Positions 26,713 through 28,401 of a stretch of DNA of 28,401 nucleotides are shown here, in pieces. The notes under the pieces are model-generated. The model had not been told where the DNA came from. It searched no databases and saw only the letters and a program-made list of their open reading frames with translations. The position numbers and the translations under genes were made by a program. The stretch comes from a candidate division WOR-3 bacterium (GTDB lineage: Bacteria > Hydrothermota > Tepidihabitantia > Tepidihabitantales > DTDR01): assembly GCA_039801885.1 (NCBI GenBank), contig JBDRVN010000020.1, positions 1-28,401 on the forward strand, written 5' to 3'. Within the stretch, counting starts at the first letter, position 1. Each line of letters opens with the position of its first letter.

Positions 26713-28266
26713 TTATAAGGGAATATTACCGTGTTTTTTCTTTGGATTTTCTAATTTCTTATTTTTTAATAATTCTAATGCCCAAATAATTTTCTCTCTT
26801 GTATCTTCAAACATTATAATTTCATCAACATAACCAAGTTCTGCTGCCTTAAAGGGATTATTAAACTTTTCTTCATATTCCAAAACTAATTTTTTTCTCA
26901 TTTCCTCTTTATTTTCTGCAGATTCTATATCTTTTTTAAATATAATATTTACTGCTCCTTCGGCACCCATTACGGCGATCTCAGCTGTTGGATAGGCAAA
27001 ATTGAAATCACCACGAATATGTTTAGAAGACATAACATCATAAGCACCACCATAGGCTTTTCTTACAATTACGGTAATTTTAGGTACGGTCGCTTCACAA
27101 TAAGCATATAACAATTTTGAACCATGTCTAATTATTCCACCATATTCCTGAGCAGTGCCTGGCAAAAAACCAGGGACATCAACAAAGGTTATTATCGGAA
27201 TATTAAAACAATCCAAAAATCTTACAAATCTTCCAGCTTTAATAGAGGCATTGATATCCAAACAACCGGCTAAATATTTTGGTTGATTAGCAACAATACC
27301 AACAACCTCGCCATCCATTCGAGCAAAGCCAATAATAATATTTTTTGCCCAATCTTTTTGGACTTCAAAAAATGTTCCTTTATCAACAACCTCTTCAATT
27401 ATTGGAAGCATATCATAAGATTTTCTTGGATCGCTAGGAAGCATTTCTTTAATTTGTGGTATCTTTCTTTTTGGGTCATCATTAGTTTCTATCCTTGATG
27501 GTTTTTCTTTGTAATTCAAAGGCAAATAAGAAAGTAATTTCCTCGCGATCATCAATGAATCTCTGTCATCCTTTCCTTTAAAATGAGCAACGCCGGAAAC
27601 TTGCGTATGGGTATCGGCGCCACCAAGTTTTTCCATACTAACCTCTTCTCTCGTTACTGCCTTAATAACCTCCGGACCGGTAATAAACATAAAACTTGTC
27701 TTTTCGGTCATAATAATAAAATCAGTTAAGGCTGGCGAATAAACTGCACCACCAGCACAAGGTCCCATTATTATTGAAATTTGAGGAACAACCCCGGATG
27801 CTAATGTATTCCTTAAAAATATTTCAGCATAACCTCCTAAAGAAGCAACTCCTTCTTGAATTCTTGCTCCACCGGAGTCATTTAAACCAATAATTGGAAT
27901 ACCAACCTCCAATGCCAAATCCATAATCTTACAAACTTTTTCGGCAAAAACCTTGGAAAGGGTGCCGCCAAAGACCGTAAAATCCTGAGAAAAAACCGCC
28001 ACATTCCTTCCATTAATTTTACCAAAACCAGTAACCACTGCATCTCCGTAAAATTTCTTTTTATCCATACCAAATTCTACACAATCATGAACTCTTAATC
28101 TATCTATCTCCTGAAAACTATCTTTATCTAACAAAATTTCTAATCTTTCTCGCGCTGTCATTTTGCCAGCTTCGTGCTGTTTTTGAATCCTCTCTTCGCC
28201 ACCGCCTTTTAGTGCTAATCCGTTTCTCTTTTTTAACTCCTCAATTATCTTCTTATATCTTTCCAT
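26713..28266 (-). CDS. pccB: Acyl-CoA carboxylase/decarboxylase carboxyltransferase subunit (PccB/MmdA)
   Basis: [68 protein letters not shown] and KKHGNIPL. The true start is ATG 28266; the ORF-track extension reads through the tRNA. Confidence 0.95.
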   Translation of the reverse strand: MERYKKIIEELKKRNGLALKGGGEERIQKQHEAGKMTARERLEILLDKDSFQEIDRLRVHDCVEFGMDKKKFYGDAVVTGFGKINGRNVAVFSQDFTVFGGTLSKVFAEKVCKIMDLALEVGIPIIGLNDSGGARIQEGVASLGGYAEIFLRNTLASGVVPQISIIMGPCAGGAVYSPALTDFIIMTEKTSFMFITGPEVIKAVTREEVSMEKLGGADTHTQVSGVAHFKGKDDRDSLMIARKLLSYLPLNYKEKPSRIETNDDPKRKIPQIKEMLPSDPRKSYDMLPIIEEVVDKGTFFEVQKDWAKNIIIGFARMDGEVVGIVANQPKYLAGCLDINASIKAGRFVRFLDCFNIPIITFVDVPGFLPGTAQEYGGIIRHGSKLLYAYCEATVPKITVIVRKAYGGAYDVMSSKHIRGDFNFAYPTAEIAVMGAEGAVNIIFKKDIESAENKEEMRKKLVLEYEEKFNNPFKAAELGYVDEIIMFEDTREKIIWALELLKNKKLENPKKKHGNIPL

Positions 28267-28283
28267 ATATATATAAAGATAAG

Positions 28284-28356
28284 AGGCGGCGCCGGGATTT
28301 GCACCCGGGAATAGCGGTTTTGCAGACCGCCGCCTTAGCTGCTTGGCTACGCCGCC
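28284..28356 (-). tRNA. tRNA-Cys (GCA)
   Basis: Cloverleaf: acceptor GGCGGCG/CGCCGCC, D stem GCC/GGC, anticodon arm GCGGT-CTGCAAA-ACCGC, T arm CCGGG-TGCAAAT-CCCGG; U73 discriminator; CCA not encoded. Confidence 0.96.
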
Positions 28357-28364
28357 ATAAAAGA

Positions 28365-28392
28365 ATTTTAAATAAAATTTATTTTTGGTCAA
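28365..28392 (-). promoter_or_regulatory. sigma70-type promoter of tRNA-Cys/pccB
   Basis: TTGACC (28392-28387), 16-bp spacer, TAAAAT (28370-28365), 8 nt to tRNA G1. Confidence 0.65.
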
Positions 28393-28401
28393 TAAGTTAA
28401 A

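Noticed and set aside
1319..28073. Short alternative-frame or antisense ORFs (e.g. 1319-1534, 1561-1773, 6083-6573, 8146-8457, 11046-11629, 14435-15086, 16558-16794, 18927-19109, 22932-23224, 27283-27498, 27882-28073)
   Set aside because: All lie wholly within well-supported genes and show no motifs; they are shadow ORFs.
28284..28356. tRNA as integration site of an island carrying the YVTN gene
   Set aside because: No integrase, and I saw no duplicated tRNA 3' end; a housekeeping gene follows directly.
28267..28392. 42-aa N-terminal extension of the carboxyltransferase, and + strand ORF 28212-28400
   Set aside because: Both are read-through of the tRNA-Cys gene and its promoter; family similarity begins at Met 28266.

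Overview
AT-rich bacterial chromosomal window (roughly 30% GC by eye) of mostly housekeeping and anaerobic-metabolism genes. A T9SS-like C-terminal sorting domain and several archaeal-type enzymes suggest an FCB-related anaerobe such as candidate division WOR-3 (inference only). Left part: purQ, a 2Fe-2S/FAD oxidoreductase pair, archaemetzincin, a GT2 + YfhO glycosylation pair, purA and a stand-alone group 3c [NiFe]-hydrogenase (mvhG-mvhA). Middle: rplS-yraN-comM, a nucleotide-sugar dehydrogenase, a degenerate PIN protein, apgM and ppdK. Right part: a methylmalonyl-CoA operon (mutase, DUF2130, epimerase, cysteine hydrolase, MFS), a YVTN beta-propeller surface protein, an acyl-CoA carboxyltransferase and tRNA-Cys. 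No mobile element or CRISPR array was seen, and I found no single obviously new multi-gene system. The most notable signals are: (1) operon-leading genes and the tRNA sit 5-10 nt behind near-consensus sigma70 promoters, mostly with 16-bp spacers, implying leaderless transcripts, while many internal genes have strong SD sites; (2) the YVTN gene is frameshifted at a T8 tract in its signal peptide, suggesting phase variation or an assembly error; (3) an ECF-type promoter (GGTAAC-N17-CGTWAT) occurs twice; (4) a degenerate 24-nt tandem array lies beside IHF-like sites and a hairpin; (5) an apparently inactivated PIN toxin is fused to an antitoxin-like tail.
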